A stretch of 64,000 nt of DNA from Squalus acanthias (GCA_030390025.1 CM059431.1:126544001-126608000), one strand, 5' to 3'; positions 1 to 11,925 are shown, numbered from the stretch's first letter. Notes: generated by a model from the letters alone, not told the origin. Made by a program: numbers and translations.

Positions 1-1050
1 CATTTTTGCTGTCTCCCCATCATCGCAGCCGTTAATGGCTGCGGCTTGCTCAACTTCTCTGAAATGTACGGAAGGGTCGTCTGCCTCGGTCAGCTTCCAT
101 ACGTCATTTATCATAGCTCTCAGCTGATGTGAACTGTGAGGCAACACCAGCTGTCCGAGGAGATCCCCCGGTTCTTCCCCACCGTTTCTGCTTGGGCCCC
201 TTTTAATACCCGTTACTGGATACAACGATCCCTTTCCTACTTCTTTTTCAATGGGCTCTTTTGTTTCTTCCATTGCTTCCTCCCTAACCCAGGTTTCCGA
301 ATAGCTGGGTGGCGCGGAGGGCGCAGTGGCTACTACTTCTTCTGCTTTACTTGGTGGGGATTTCTTAAACCTCTCACTTACTAGCGGCTGGTGTGCCGAT
401 GGATTGATAAGGCACACCATGCCGTTCGCATTGTTCACGGCCTTTTTGAGGTGCTCTATCTCCCTTTGGCAGGCGCTATGATCGGCTCCCTGAAACTTAT
501 CCTCAAGGGCCAACTTATATGCCGCCCTAACCCCCGTTAAGCTCTCTTCTTGAGTTCTTATCTGGGCAGCTTGGCGGTTACATCTTTCCTTTAACCTGCT
601 CTCATTCAATTTTGCCTCAGTGACCTGGCACTCGAGATAATCTATCCTTGTTTTAAGGTGACTGGAGACTTCCTGGCTTTCTTGGTGTAACTCATTTAAA
701 TTCTTAATGAGCACCTCCCCTCCAGAAACCTTCTCATCCATTTCTCCCTCTAAATGACTGATTCGAGCTACTAGCGCTGTAATGGTCTGGTTTGAAATCT
801 GAACCTGCCTTTTGTAACACATAAGCCAGACTGCTTTCTCAAGTGTCTTTCTATGTTCTTTACTATCTGTCCACCTTTCAGCTGCCTCTAGTGGGCTCTT
901 ATCCGCTAACAATTCACTTATCCATTTCTTAGTTAGATTAACCTTTCCAAACACATAATCCGCTATCTTTTCCTGCATAACATTTCGTACAGTCATTCCA
1001 AAATCTAACACACTACCCTCTCGCTGCCAGTGTCCTGCCGCGGTCGCCAT
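1..1050 (-). CDS. gag: Gag-like polyprotein of an LTR retroelement (5' part, runs off the window edge)
   Basis: Manual translation gives 350 codons with no stop from the ATG at 1050 to base 1 (MATAAGHWQREGSVLDFGMTVRNVMQEK...DHSACQREIEHLKK...ATAPSAPPSY...DDPSVHFREVEQAAAINGCDDGETAKM). It lies directly downstream of the LTR and PBS. It is absent from the ORF track because no stop falls in the window. An alternative start is the ATG at 996. Confidence 0.8.
   Translation of the reverse strand, partial: MATAAGHWQREGSVLDFGMTVRNVMQEKIADYVFGKVNLTKKWISELLADKSPLEAAERWTDSKEHRKTLEKAVWLMCYKRQVQISNQTITALVARISHLEGEMDEKVSGGEVLIKNLNELHQESQEVSSHLKTRIDYLECQVTEAKLNESRLKERCNRQAAQIRTQEESLTGVRAAYKLALEDKFQGADHSACQREIEHLKKAVNNANGMVCLINPSAHQPLVSERFKKSPPSKAEEVVATAPSAPPSYSETWVREEAMEETKEPIEKEVGKGSLYPVTGIKRGPSRNGGEEPGDLLGQLVLPHSSHQLRAMINDVWKLTEADDPSVHFREVEQAAAINGCDDGETAKM
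1032..1049 (-). promoter_or_regulatory. Primer-binding site complementary to tRNA-Arg(UCG)
   Basis: Minus strand reads TGGCGACCGCGGCAGGAC. Plus strand GTCCTGCCGCGGTCGCCA matches the 3' 18 nt (with CCA) of vertebrate tRNA-Arg-TCG as I recall it. It sits 5 nt inside the LTR end. Confidence 0.88.
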
Positions 1051-1054
1051 TTTC

Positions 1055-2662
1055 TGTAAGGGATTCTGACCCTGCGTGTCTCGCAGCCTGTGAGATTCAC
1101 GCGGCTCTGTGCGGGTCTAGGACTTGTTGCCTGTTCTGGTCTCCAGCCAGTCTGGGAACACTAGACACACCTGTGAGTGGTTCGAATCACTCTCCCTTAC
1201 GGTTCTAGACACTGGACTTAGATGCGAGAGCAGTAATGGAGATGAAACTCATGTAGACTCGGTTTGAATGGTACGAAATGGAAAATCTTTATTGCATGAT
1301 ACTTAAGATTATGAAATACATGTCATAAGCACAGATTAATGACAGTACAATCTTACAAACAGTTATATAGTCGATCTTAGGGAAACGAGGAACGAACGGC
1401 ACAAAGTAAATAGGGGCACACATTACAAATATCCTTAATCCTTAAACCCTCCCCTATCAATATCTATCCTAAACTAGATTCGTAGGATCTCGAGACTCAT
1501 GCTCACCACTCGTGATAACTCGGAGAAATTCCGAATAGCTGATCGGATGTTTTTCACCGCAGCTCCCACGTGTCGGTCAGGAGATCTCCTGGTCCCACTT
1601 GTTTACTTGCTTCTGCTGCTCCGGCTAGCAGGCTGGAACGTCTGCTGTGATGAAGATCTGTATTGGTTGGTTTAACAGGTACTCTTCGAGCACAGTTGTC
1701 GATATCATCGATACGATATGTTTCTTTGCAAGTTCGAAGAAGTCTTCCTGGCAAGGAAAAACTTGGCTAATCGACCTACAGGCGCGGTCGGGATTTACTG
1801 ACCGTGGCGATGGATATGGTCTTCCTTTCTTCTCATCTCATCTCATCTCATCTCTTCTCGGGCCTTTTGGTTCCGATACCGGTTACCAATATAGGTCTTC
1901 GTTACGCGACACGAGGTAGATCCGAACGGATCAGAAAGTTCAACCGTCTTTTCAGAAGAGGCAACAGGCAAGCAGGAGCGAGCCCAACTACGAGTACACA
2001 GGAGCAACCACGATGATAAGAGCAGCAAGAGAAAGATGGACGGTTTGGAGCCTGCAATTATAGTGCAAAATCTTCCGTTTCCCGCCCAACTATAATGTCC
2101 ATTCTTTTGTTTAAGGTCTGGCGCTCAAATGTCTTGTATGGGTGATCTCCGTTCTTAATGGGTTTCGGGGCTACTCGTAAATGTCTGAGTACCTGTTAAT
2201 ATTTCTCCCATTGTTAAATCGGTCGGTGTTCTCCCTGGAGGGGTTTGGGGCTTCCAAGTGTCCTGTATAACTACCTGCTAACGGCTCTCTCATTGTAGAG
2301 TCGTTGGGATTTTACATATTAATGTCTTTTGGATGGGCCCTTGATTACTCGGTACAATGGCTTTCCTTTGTACCTGGGAGACCGATTTCAGTATCTATGT
2401 GTATACTGCAAACCCATAATGTCTCGTGTATTATCTTCACTGTGCTGACTCTTAATCGATCTTGCACAAATGTTTATTGGAACGCCATCTTGTCTGCCTG
2501 TTGAAAAGTCTAGAATGTTCTGTCACGAGGTGCGGCGGCCATTTTACAGGCTGCTTGTGTCCACTTTAAACCTGTCAGCATTCTGCTGAAATAAAAGCTG
2601 TTTGAACGAAACTCTGTGTTTTCTCCTTATTAATAAAATCGCGATATATTGCGAATTCTACA
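1055..2662 (-). mobile_element. 5' LTR (~1.6 kb) of the LTR retroelement
   Basis: Termini are TGTAG...TTACA on the minus strand, followed by PBS and gag. There is a TATAA near 2058-2062 and an AATAAA at 1288-1293 (minus). Its R/U5 part is homologous to the repeats at 2663-4215. Confidence 0.8.
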
Positions 2663-3383
2663 GCCGCCACTGTCAGTAAACCCCGACCGCGCCCGAAAAT
2701 ATAAATACAGGATTCTTCTTTGAGTTCTACCGACTACAACCTGTGTCGAGCACAGGAAGACCCTTCTTTGAACTGTGTCCGAGGTCCGTCGAGTTCTTCA
2801 TGACAACAGGGAGTCTGGCCTGCTTTTCGCAGCAGCGAAAGTAAACAAGTGGGGTGCAGAGACTCCTCCAAACACGTGACAGTCAGGCGCTGCAGCGAAA
2901 CGAGCTGAGTGCCTCACTTTAAAAATTTCCGAAGTAAAACGAGTGGTGAGCATGTTTTCCGATCCTACAAATCCAGACGTAGTGTAGGTATTGTTAAGGG
3001 AGGGTGGTTTTAATAAGGTTAAGATATAATGTGTTCCCCTTTCTACGATGTGCCGTGTGTTCTCCATTTCCATCGACCAAGCTTTATGAATGTATGTATA
3101 CTTGTACTATCTTTGATTTGCGCCTATGACATGTATTTCATGATTTTGGACGCCATGCAATAAAGATTACCATTTCGTACTATTCAACCGGGTCTATTTG
3201 AGTTTTCTCTGCATTACTGCTCCTTGCACCTAAGTCCACTGTTAGAACCGTAAGGGCGAGTGGGTCGAACCACTCACAGGTGCTTATTGCAAAAAGGCTG
3301 GCCGGAGACCAGAGCAAGCAATAGTATCAGGCGACGAAGGCCTAACCTCGCACCAGCACCGTCTGTGACACGTCCCCCTTACA
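2663..3383 (+). mobile_element. 5'-truncated LTR (R-U5 part) of a related family, copy A
   Basis: Shares GTCAGTAAA.CCCGACCGCGCC, GCAATAAAGATT..CCATTTCGTAC and AGAACCGTAAGGG..GAACCACTCACAGGTG blocks with the reverse complement of 1055-1900. It ends in CCCTTACA like that LTR. AATAAA at 3159. Confidence 0.8.
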
Positions 3384-4215
3384 GCCCCGACAAGGGCAAG
3401 TAACAGGGTACACCATCCCGAGTGTTGGTAAACGGTGTCTGGACCCGGAGGCCCGAGGAGACAAGACGAGAGAAGACGAGAAGAAATTCCACGTGCCGGC
3501 ACGGTCAGTAAACCCCGACCGCGCCCGAAAATATAAATACAGGACTCTTCTTTGAGTTCTACCGACTACAACCTGTGTCGAGCACAGGAAGACTCTTCTT
3601 TGAATTGTGTCCGAGGTCCGTCGAGTTCTTCATGACAACAGGGAGTCTGGCCTGCTTTTCGCAGCAGCGAAAGTAAACAAGTGGGGTGCAGAGACCCTTC
3701 CAAACACGTGACAGTCAGGCGCTGCAGCGAAACGGGCTGAGTGCCTCACTTTAAAAATCTCCGAAGTAACACGAGTGGTGAGCATGTTTTACGATCCTAC
3801 AAATCCAGACGTAGTGTAGGTATTGTTAAGGGAGGGCGGTTTTAATAAGGTTAAGATATAATGTGTTCCCCTTTCTACGATGTGCCGTGTGTTCTCCATT
3901 TCCATAGACCAAGCTTTATGAATGTATGTATACTTGTACTATCTTTGATTTGCGCCTATGACATGTATTTCATGATTTTGGACGCCATGCAATAAAGATT
4001 TCCATTTCGTACTATTCAACCGAGTCTATTTGAGTTTTTCTCTGCATTACTGCTCCCTGCATCTAAGTCCAGTGTTAGAACCGTAAGGGCGAGTGGGTCG
4101 AACCACTCACAGGTGCTTATTGCAAAAAGGCTGGCCGGAGACCAGAGCAAGCAATAGTATTAGGCAACGAAGGCCTAACCTCGCACCAGCACCATCTGAG
4201 ACACGCCCCCTTACA
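3384..4215 (+). mobile_element. 5'-truncated LTR (R-U5 part), copy B
   Basis: 3495-4215 is a near-identical direct repeat of 2663-3383 (about 20-25 differences by eye), with ~110 bp more upstream LTR sequence. It ends CCCTTACA. AATAAA at 3991. Confidence 0.8.
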
Positions 4216-4379
4216 CAGTTTAACCATGACCAGACATCTTCCCATTTCAGCTCGCAATAACTCCCTTCAGCACACAGCCGCTGCTGCCGCCGCCATGGTA
4301 ACCGATCACCGCCCCGCTCAGCAGCACCTGGCCGCTCTGCACCGGCACCGTTTAGGGTTTTTTTTTCGCGGACCCGCTG

Positions 4380-4431
4380 GAAAGTCTCGACAGACACAAG
4401 GGGTCTGCAGACCACAGTTTGAGAACCACTG
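4380..4431 (-). mobile_element. hAT/Charlie-like DNA transposon terminus
   Basis: Minus strand CAGTGGTTCTCAAACTGTGGTCTGCAGACCCC resembles Charlie-type TIRs. The partner end was not found. Confidence 0.45.
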
Positions 4432-4867
4432 TACTAACAAATGCCTCCCTGCTTTTAATGTCAGCTTTTTCTCATTCAGCAATCCCTCTATGTTGGTCAT
4501 CGCCGTCACATACGGCTCGTCTGTTTAGCTCATTACGGTGACCAACACCTCACAACCAGCCGTGTGAATAAGCTTCTTTTGAAGAGCTTCCCTGACAGTC
4601 ACCATGGTTACCCAAACTGCTGCAGTGATAAACTCACACACCCAATGAAAGGGGTTCCGACCTAAACGAAATTCAGTTTTGTACAAGTCCCGAACGTCCT
4701 AGGAACTTGGTGTCACACAATCAGGAGTGTTGCGAGTCAGGTCCTGTTTCATTCGACAATTGTAAGACAAATCAAATCTGAGAAACCAAATATAGTTGCA
4801 ACTTACTCCTTGGATTATGTTCAACCAAGTCCAGACAAATGTCATGTCTTAAAGCAATAGACACACA

Positions 4868-6613
4868 GACCACGATTTTATGAACCTCGGCCGTTCTGTG
4901 GCGGGCAAGGTCGGTGGCGGGTCCCGACCCCGCTGCTGGCTCCATCCCGGCCACTGAAATGAATTTTCCTTGATTGGGTTTGTTAAGCCCGCCCAGTGTG
5001 TTTCCTGGCCAAATAGAGGAAGCGGGTCTGGTGACGTAATTTGATGATGCGTCATCAGCCGGTTTCCTTAAAGGGTTCGTGGCCAAATTAATTTTGACAT
5101 TTATGCTGTCAGTGTTCGACAGCATTGAGGTGCTGCAAACACTGACAAGCACTGCACAGAGGTGCAGGGTTGCACCCAGGCTCTCCCATGACTGCCTCCC
5201 TATGCTTATGGAGGGAGTCACAACACGCAGGGAGTTCCTCTTCCCTTCCGATGGGCGGAGGAGACCTCCCCAGGAGATCAACACAGCCTGGTTGCACATT
5301 GCACAGGAGGGCACAAGCAGGGATGTGGTCAGGAGGACCAGGTGCAGTGCCGCAAACGTTTCAATGATCTCAGTAGATCACAAAATGTTAGTACAAAGCC
5401 ACACTCAAACTCATCTTGCTGTGCCTTTCATCACATCCCCATCACTCTGCCTTCCCTACCCTACTCCTGCACATCCTTACTCACACCAACTTACCTTGCA
5501 CCTCCACCTAGTCCTCTCTATCTATATTATCGCATCCCCATCTCACTAGCCACCCCTCACACTCACCCTCATCCTAGTCCAATCATACCAACTAACAACA
5601 CACAAGGGTAGGCACTTGGGTGTTTTATGTAATGTTCATGTAAAGTTTCTGTTAATGTGGTGCCAAACATTTAAACCTTTATTTTCAACACTTTGTGTTC
5701 TTGGACAGATTTGTGTGCACCTTTGGAAGTGGCTTAGTCAATGGTGAGACATAGCGGTAGCCCCCGCAATGGTCATGAGTGTGAAAGGAATGGCTTGGGC
5801 ATTGTAGGGTGGTGCCAACCTGGCACATCATGTGGCAGCCAGGGTGTACAGCATCAAGTGAAGTAAATCTGGCCATGGTGAGGCCATCCCTGGCTTCCTG
5901 GGTAGCAATGCGGTCGGGTGCTGATGCCCTGTGTCCTGTGCAGCATCAGTTGATTGGGGAGAAGATTGATGTTATTGTTGGTGCTGCTGGTGTCCTTGGT
6001 GCTGCTGGTGTGCCTGGTGATGCTGGTGTTGTGGCTGATCGTGGTGGGGTTCTGAGGACCAAGGTGAGAGAGTTTCAAGGGCACCCATGCTGATGGAATA
6101 GATGGCAGGTTACGCAGAGATGACAGAAGTGATCTGTCAATGGTGAGAGAGGTAATGAGATCAGACTGGATGGAGACTTGTGTAAAGACTTGCCAAATCC
6201 TGAATCTGTAGTGGAAATACAGTTTAGTGAAGCTAGTGGTTAAGGGAACGTTTCTCAATAAGCTGGGAGCTTTGACTTGACATTTGAAGCTGTCAACTCA
6301 TCAGCTGATTCAATGGCCACTGATCTCCCACCTCAGCTTCACAGACGAGATCTAGGCACAGCGGGAAACTGGTGGGCGACCTGTCAAATCCAAAAAGATG
6401 GGGAAAAACCATAAATAAGTGGCTGTAAACAAGCCACTAATGATTTTAATTGTGTGTTGGGTCTGCTCAGCGCTGACAGACCCGACATTTGATCCAGGCG
6501 CGTGGCGGTGGGTTCACAGTGGAGTCCCGCGACCCACTGGCGGAAAAAAAAACACTTTCCCACCCGATCCACCACCAATCGTGCCCGCTGACCCCCCTCA
6601 CAAAATCCAGCCC
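4868..6613 (+). mobile_element. Internally deleted PIF/Harbinger element, copy 1
   Basis: Imperfect TIRs (GACCACGATTTT / AAAATCCAGCCC). Degraded Myb/SANT exon 1 on + (APRLS...AWLHIAQE...QCRKRFNDL). On the minus strand the transposase N-terminus is joined to its C-terminus. Homologous to 34215-35920 and 62100-63398. Confidence 0.75.
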
Positions 6614-6874
6614 TAAGAGAAATAAACACAATTACCCCATTTTTCCCTGAGTAGAGTTGTAACCTTCATCGATCCTTTTGATCCTGACTCTCTCTACAAA
6701 TTGTTAAGGAAAGCTCAAGACCTTTATAGGACTCTAGTCATGCACCCTAAATGATTTATTATATCCTGTGATCAAGACCCCATTTTCAGATACTTACATA
6801 TATATGAGCATTTCTGAAGTAAAATTTCCTCAAGGAATTATTAATACAACTAATCTTCATACATATCAACACAA

Positions 6875-8441
6875 CTGAATATCGTGAGAGAGGAAATATT
6901 AAGGGATTTAGCATCTTTGAAAGTAGTTAAATCGCCAGGCCCGGATCAAATGTAAAGAGAAGCAAGGGAGGAAATTGTGGAGGCTCTGACCATCATTTTC
7001 CAATCCTCTCTGGCTACAGGTGTGGTGCCGGAGGACTGGAGGACAGCTAACATTGTACCATTCCTTAAAAAGGGAGAAAGGGATAGACTGAGTAATTACA
7101 AACCAGTCAGCCTAACCTTGGTGGTGGGCAAATTATTGGAAAAAATTCTGAGGGACAGTATTATTCATCATTTATAAAGGCACAGATTAATCAAGGACAG
7201 TCAGTATGAAATTGTTAAGGGAAGGTCATGTCTCACTAACTTGATTGAATTTTTTGAGGAGATAACAAGGAAAGTCGATGAGGGTAGCAAGTTTGATGTA
7301 GTCTATATGGATTTTAGCAAGGATTTTGACACGGTCAGGAAAGTAAAAGCCCATGGGATCCAAGGGAACGTGGCAAATGGATCCAAAATGGCAGGAAGCA
7401 AAGGGTAATGGTCAACGGGTGTTTTAGTGACTGGAAGGCTGTTTCCAGTGGGGTAATGCAGGGCTCAGTACTAGGTCCCTTGCTTTTTGTGGTATACATC
7501 AATGATTTAGACTTCAATGTAGGGGCTATGACTAAGAAGTTTGCCAATGATACAAAAATTGGCCATGTGGTTGATAGTGAGGAAGAAAGCTGTAGACTGC
7601 GGGAAGATATCAATGGACTGGTCCGGTGGGCAGAAAAGTGGCAAATGGAATTCAATCTGGAGAAGTGTGAGGTAATGCATTTGGGGAGGGCTAACAAGGC
7701 AAGGGAATACACAGTAAATTGTAGGATACTGAGAAGTGTAGAGGAACAGAGGGACCTTGGAGTGCATGTCCACAGATCCCTGAAGGTAGCAGGACATGTA
7801 GATAAGGTGGTTAAGAAGGCATACGGGATACTTTCCTTCATTAGCCGAGGCTAATAAATAAGAACAGGGAGGTTATGCATGAACTGTATAAAACATAAAT
7901 TAGACCACAGCTAGAGTACTGTGTACAGTTCTGGTCAGCACATTACAGGAAAGATGTGATTGCACTGGAGAGGGCTTAGAGGAGATTTACAAGGATTTTG
8001 CCAGGACTGGAGAATTTTAGCAATGAGGAAAGATTGGTTAGGCTGGGGTTGATTGCTTTGGAACAGAGGAGGCTGAGGGGAACTTAATTGAGGTGTATAA
8101 AATTATGAGGGGCATAGATAGAGTAGATAGAAAGACCTAATTCCCTTAGCAGAGAGGTCAATAACCAGGGGACATAGATTTAAAGTAATTGTTAGAAGAA
8201 TTAGAGGGGAGTTGAGGAGGGCAGTGGGGGTCTGGAACTCACAGCCTGAAAGGGTGGTAGAGGCAGAAACCCTTATCACATTTAAAAAGTACTTGGATAT
8301 GCACCTGAAGTGCCGTAGCCTACAAGGCTACGGACGAAGAGCTGGAAAGTGGGATTAGGCTGGATAGCTGTTTTTCGACTGACACAGACACGATGGACCG
8401 AATGACCTCCTTCTGTGCCATAAATTTCTATGATTCTATGA
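6875..8441 (+). mobile_element. CR1 LINE, 5'-truncated RT/3' end, degraded
   Basis: PEDWRTANIVP, QGSVLGPLLF..YIND, KFANDTK, WQMEFN..KC motifs with stops; CTATGATT tail. Confidence 0.9.
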
Positions 8442-8799
8442 TCTTCTGAATTGGAATGTTGATAAAAATTGTCCAAGAGATTGGCAGGAATAATGTGGGA
8501 ACTGGTAATTAATGAGGCAATGATTTGCTATTCATTTAAGATTCAACTTAAAATTCATTGTTCTCCCACCATTTCTTTTTCTCCTTATTCATTTTCTTCC
8601 ATCCTCCCCTCTCTTGGAGATATTGACTCCTTGCTCATCTCATGGGCACAGATTTGCCTTGCCCAAATTGTCAGTATTTATTTGTCGACCTGACAGCGAG
8701 TGGTGCTGGTCTATTCCATCATAGGAGACATCACAGTTGAACCTAATACAGTCCATATCAATAAATAGCGATCAGAAGCAAGAAATATGGCTGTTTTCA

Positions 8800-9315
8800 C
8801 CCTCCACCATTATCCTTGCCAACCTCCACTGGCTCCTTGTGCCCAGCAATTTGATTTTATTATCCTTGTCCCTGTTTACAAATCTTCTATAACCTCATGC
8901 AACACTAGCCGAGTGACCTTATCTAGCCATTAGTCCCATCCCACATTCTTTTTTCCTGACTACTGGTTGTTCCCTGCTCCTTCCACTTCACCATCAGTGG
9001 CTGATATTTAATAACTGTGCCCCTGGTCTCTGAAATTCTCTGGCTTGCTACGTCCGTCCCTTCCATCAAGAGTTTCTTAAAAGCCCATATATTTGACCAT
9101 ATCTTAGGCCTAACCCCACACCGCCGAACCCCCACAACCCTCACCACCCACCGCCCTTCACCCCCACCTCCATCCTTCTCTCCAACCTCCACTTCCACCC
9201 CAAGCTCCATCTCCACCACTTCTGTTCCTTTCCAGCTCAGTGTCCACTTCTCTACTTGTAAAGTGTTCTGAGCTTCCTTTCACCTGAGAAGTACTGTATG
9301 AAATGCACATTGTTG
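8800..9315 (+). mobile_element. L2-like LINE 3' remnant
   Basis: Encodes an LANLHWL-like start and FKS.LK.H.FD-like end; similar to the L2 pieces at 21786, 23815 and 37187. Confidence 0.5.
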
Positions 9316-10506
9316 TGTGGCTCAGCTACTCTAAACCAGCAGGAGAGTTATCACCATGGTTACCTCAATAAACTATTGTTTTGCTAATTATATATAATTG
9401 GATAAGGATCAGTTGATAAAAATAAAGTGAAGTTGTCATTTGTTACATGTTTTTAATATTGATCATTGAAGAAAGGTCCATGAGAACCTTGATGAGATAA
9501 AAAATGGGTTTATTTCTAATTAGCGAATGAAACAGGTTGCTATTTTGTTCTTTTCATCTACTAATGTGTGTATTTATAATCAGGCCTCTTATGTATTAGG
9601 TTTGTAATATATGGAGTAATAGCTCAGAACATTAGCTAAGAATTCTTTGATATTCTTATTGCAATTGATAAAAATGCCCTATGAACATAATAATGACCTG
9701 TTCCTTCTAATTAATAATTGGCAAAAAAAAAAGTGAGGTGTGAAGCTATCACATATGAATCTACACAAATTAAATTAACTTGATATTTTCCTTCTAATCT
9801 CAGGAAATACCACATAACAGGACTAGTTCTATTTATTATTCAGAATTGTTGCAACTTCCCTGCAGAAATTAAAGATGACCTGATGCCATATGTTCAACAT
9901 TCGATTTGAACGCTCCTAATTTTTGATTATTTCATTATTTTCAGCTTCCTTTGATAATGCACATCCTTCTTTTATTTCTTGATTGAGTTTTGTCTTGTTG
10001 ACATTAACCACATTTCACGGATAGAGGTTTTATTAAATAAATCTGCACCTGTTTCAGTTTTTCTTTTCTTCCTGCGTCAGCATAAAAAGAATTAGTGATA
10101 AGCGCTCTGCCGATAATCACTTTTAGCTTCTTCCATCCTCTTCTCATTAATGGCACTTTGTTCCATTAAGGGCTTGATGCATATGGCTTCTGTTTCTCCA
10201 TATTACCATTGGGCAATGTTGTTAACTTATTAAACTCAAACTCAAGCAAGAACTTCAAAATTGAACAAAAGCATTCAAGTCAGAGTGCTTTTTGCTTTTC
10301 AAGTATTAAAATATAATAAAGCACAGTTTATGCGTTTACAGATTATGCTCCATCGTTGATGGGGTATGTGCTAGAAATGAAAAGATTGGCAAAGGTCAAG
10401 TAGTTCTTGTTGACTGATTTAAATTAACTCAATGTTGATCAAACTTAACGATTTAACATAGCTTTAAAAAGCTATACATCCCAAATACTACTGCTCCAAA
10501 ACACTC

Positions 10507-11148
10507 ATAGGAACATCGGAACACAGGAACAGGAGTAGGCCATTCAGCCCCTCGAGTGTGTTCCGCCATTCAATTGGAACATGGCTAGTCTGTATCCTAA
10601 CTCCATCCACCTGCCTTGGCTTCATATCTCTTAATACCCTTGGCGAGCAAAAATCTATCGATCTCAGATTTAGAATTATTAATTCAGCTAGCATCTATTG
10701 TTTTTTGTGGGAAAGAGTTCCGCACTGCTACCAACCTTTGCTTAGAGAATAGTTTCCAAATTTCTCCCCTGAATGGCCTGGCTCTGATTTTAATGCTATG
10801 TACCCTTGTTCTAGACTCTCCCACCAGCAGAAATAGTTTCTCTCTATCTACCCTATCAATTCCTTTCAAAATCCTAAAAGCCTCAGTCCGATCACCTCTT
10901 AACCTTCTATATTCCACGGAATACAAACCTAGTTTATGTAATCTCGCCTCATAATCTAACCCTTGGAGCCCTGTAATATTTTGGTGACTCTACGCTGCAC
11001 TTCTTCTAAGGTGCGGTGCCCAGAACTGTACACAGTACTCCAGATGTGGTCTAACCAGGACTTTGTATAGCTGTAGCAAAACATCCTCCCCTATATATTC
11101 TAGCCCTCTAGTTATAATGGCTAACATTCCATTAGCCTTCTTGATTAT
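10507..11148 (-). mobile_element. CR1 LINE 3' fragment
   Basis: YS.EYRRLRGD...RTR.HS.KI...FF.QR motifs and a CR1-type tail. Confidence 0.85.
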
Positions 11149-11280
11149 CAGTCCTTGATAATCAGAACATTACACTTTGAAGCGACTAATCTGCACCATA
11201 AACCTATAGCACACACCCACACTAGTTTACTCACGACTACTGCCATTTATGAGGTCGATGCCATTATCTTGTGTGATATG

Positions 11281-11925
11281 AGGGCTGATTTTAACTTAAT
11301 CTGCCAAGTGGGAACAGGGCTGTAGCAACCTTAAAATCGGAATGCAGCATTTACTACTCCATACCCGCCTCTAATCCCGCCTACTGCCATTTTGTGCATG
11401 ACTTTTACAAGGGTGGCCCAGGCACCCATCTGAGTCAGGTGGGAGCCTCATTAAATTTTGCAAGTTGGAGCTCGATGACATACTTGACTTTGTACCCTGA
11501 TTGTAATTTTGAGGTATGACTGAGTAGAATGTACGCTGTGCACAGTGCACCCATTGGCACTGGGTAATGAGTGGCCCAGCAAGAGGACCTTAAAGGAAAC
11601 CACTGGAGGCTACTCACAAAACGGCCCAGGAGATGCCTAATTTTTTTTTGGTGCTCCTCCTTAGGCCCACTAAAAATATCTGGGCCAATGCTGGCCTGAC
11701 TGAGGCCCTCTCCAAGATTGCCTCCCCATCTCCAGGCTCTAATGAGATCCAACGTCCTGAAGCGGGGTGTTGGGCGCTCGCAGCTCGACAGCGAAATGGA
11801 AATCAGTCCCGGGCCTCTAAATGGCTTGGGCCTCCCGTTGGCAAGAACAGGTGGGCAGTGGGCAGTGGGCCTGCTCTGCCCGCCTGCCTCCTGCCTGTTC
11901 TCCACCGGTAGTTAAAATTGGTCCC
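11281..11925. mobile_element. Harbinger-type MITE
   Basis: TIRs AGGGCTGATTTTAAC / GTTAAAATTGGTCCC; flanks ATG/ATT. Confidence 0.55.

Noticed and set aside
1032..1049. tRNA-Arg gene fragment
   Set aside because: Only the 3' 18 nt with CCA are present, next to an LTR end, so it is a PBS.
1554..2504. Short ORFs inside the LTR as accessory genes
   Set aside because: They are 60-90 aa, on both strands, without motifs, and not evidently preserved in the related LTR copies.
2663..4215. Direct repeats as the paired LTRs of one element, or as DIRS/Ngaro split repeats
   Set aside because: There is no internal region, PBS or tyrosine-recombinase sequence between them; both copies are 5'-truncated and abut directly.
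9780..10260. Possible host exons in AT-rich unique DNA
   Set aside because: Acceptor-like sites exist, but the frames close quickly and no peptide is recognisable.
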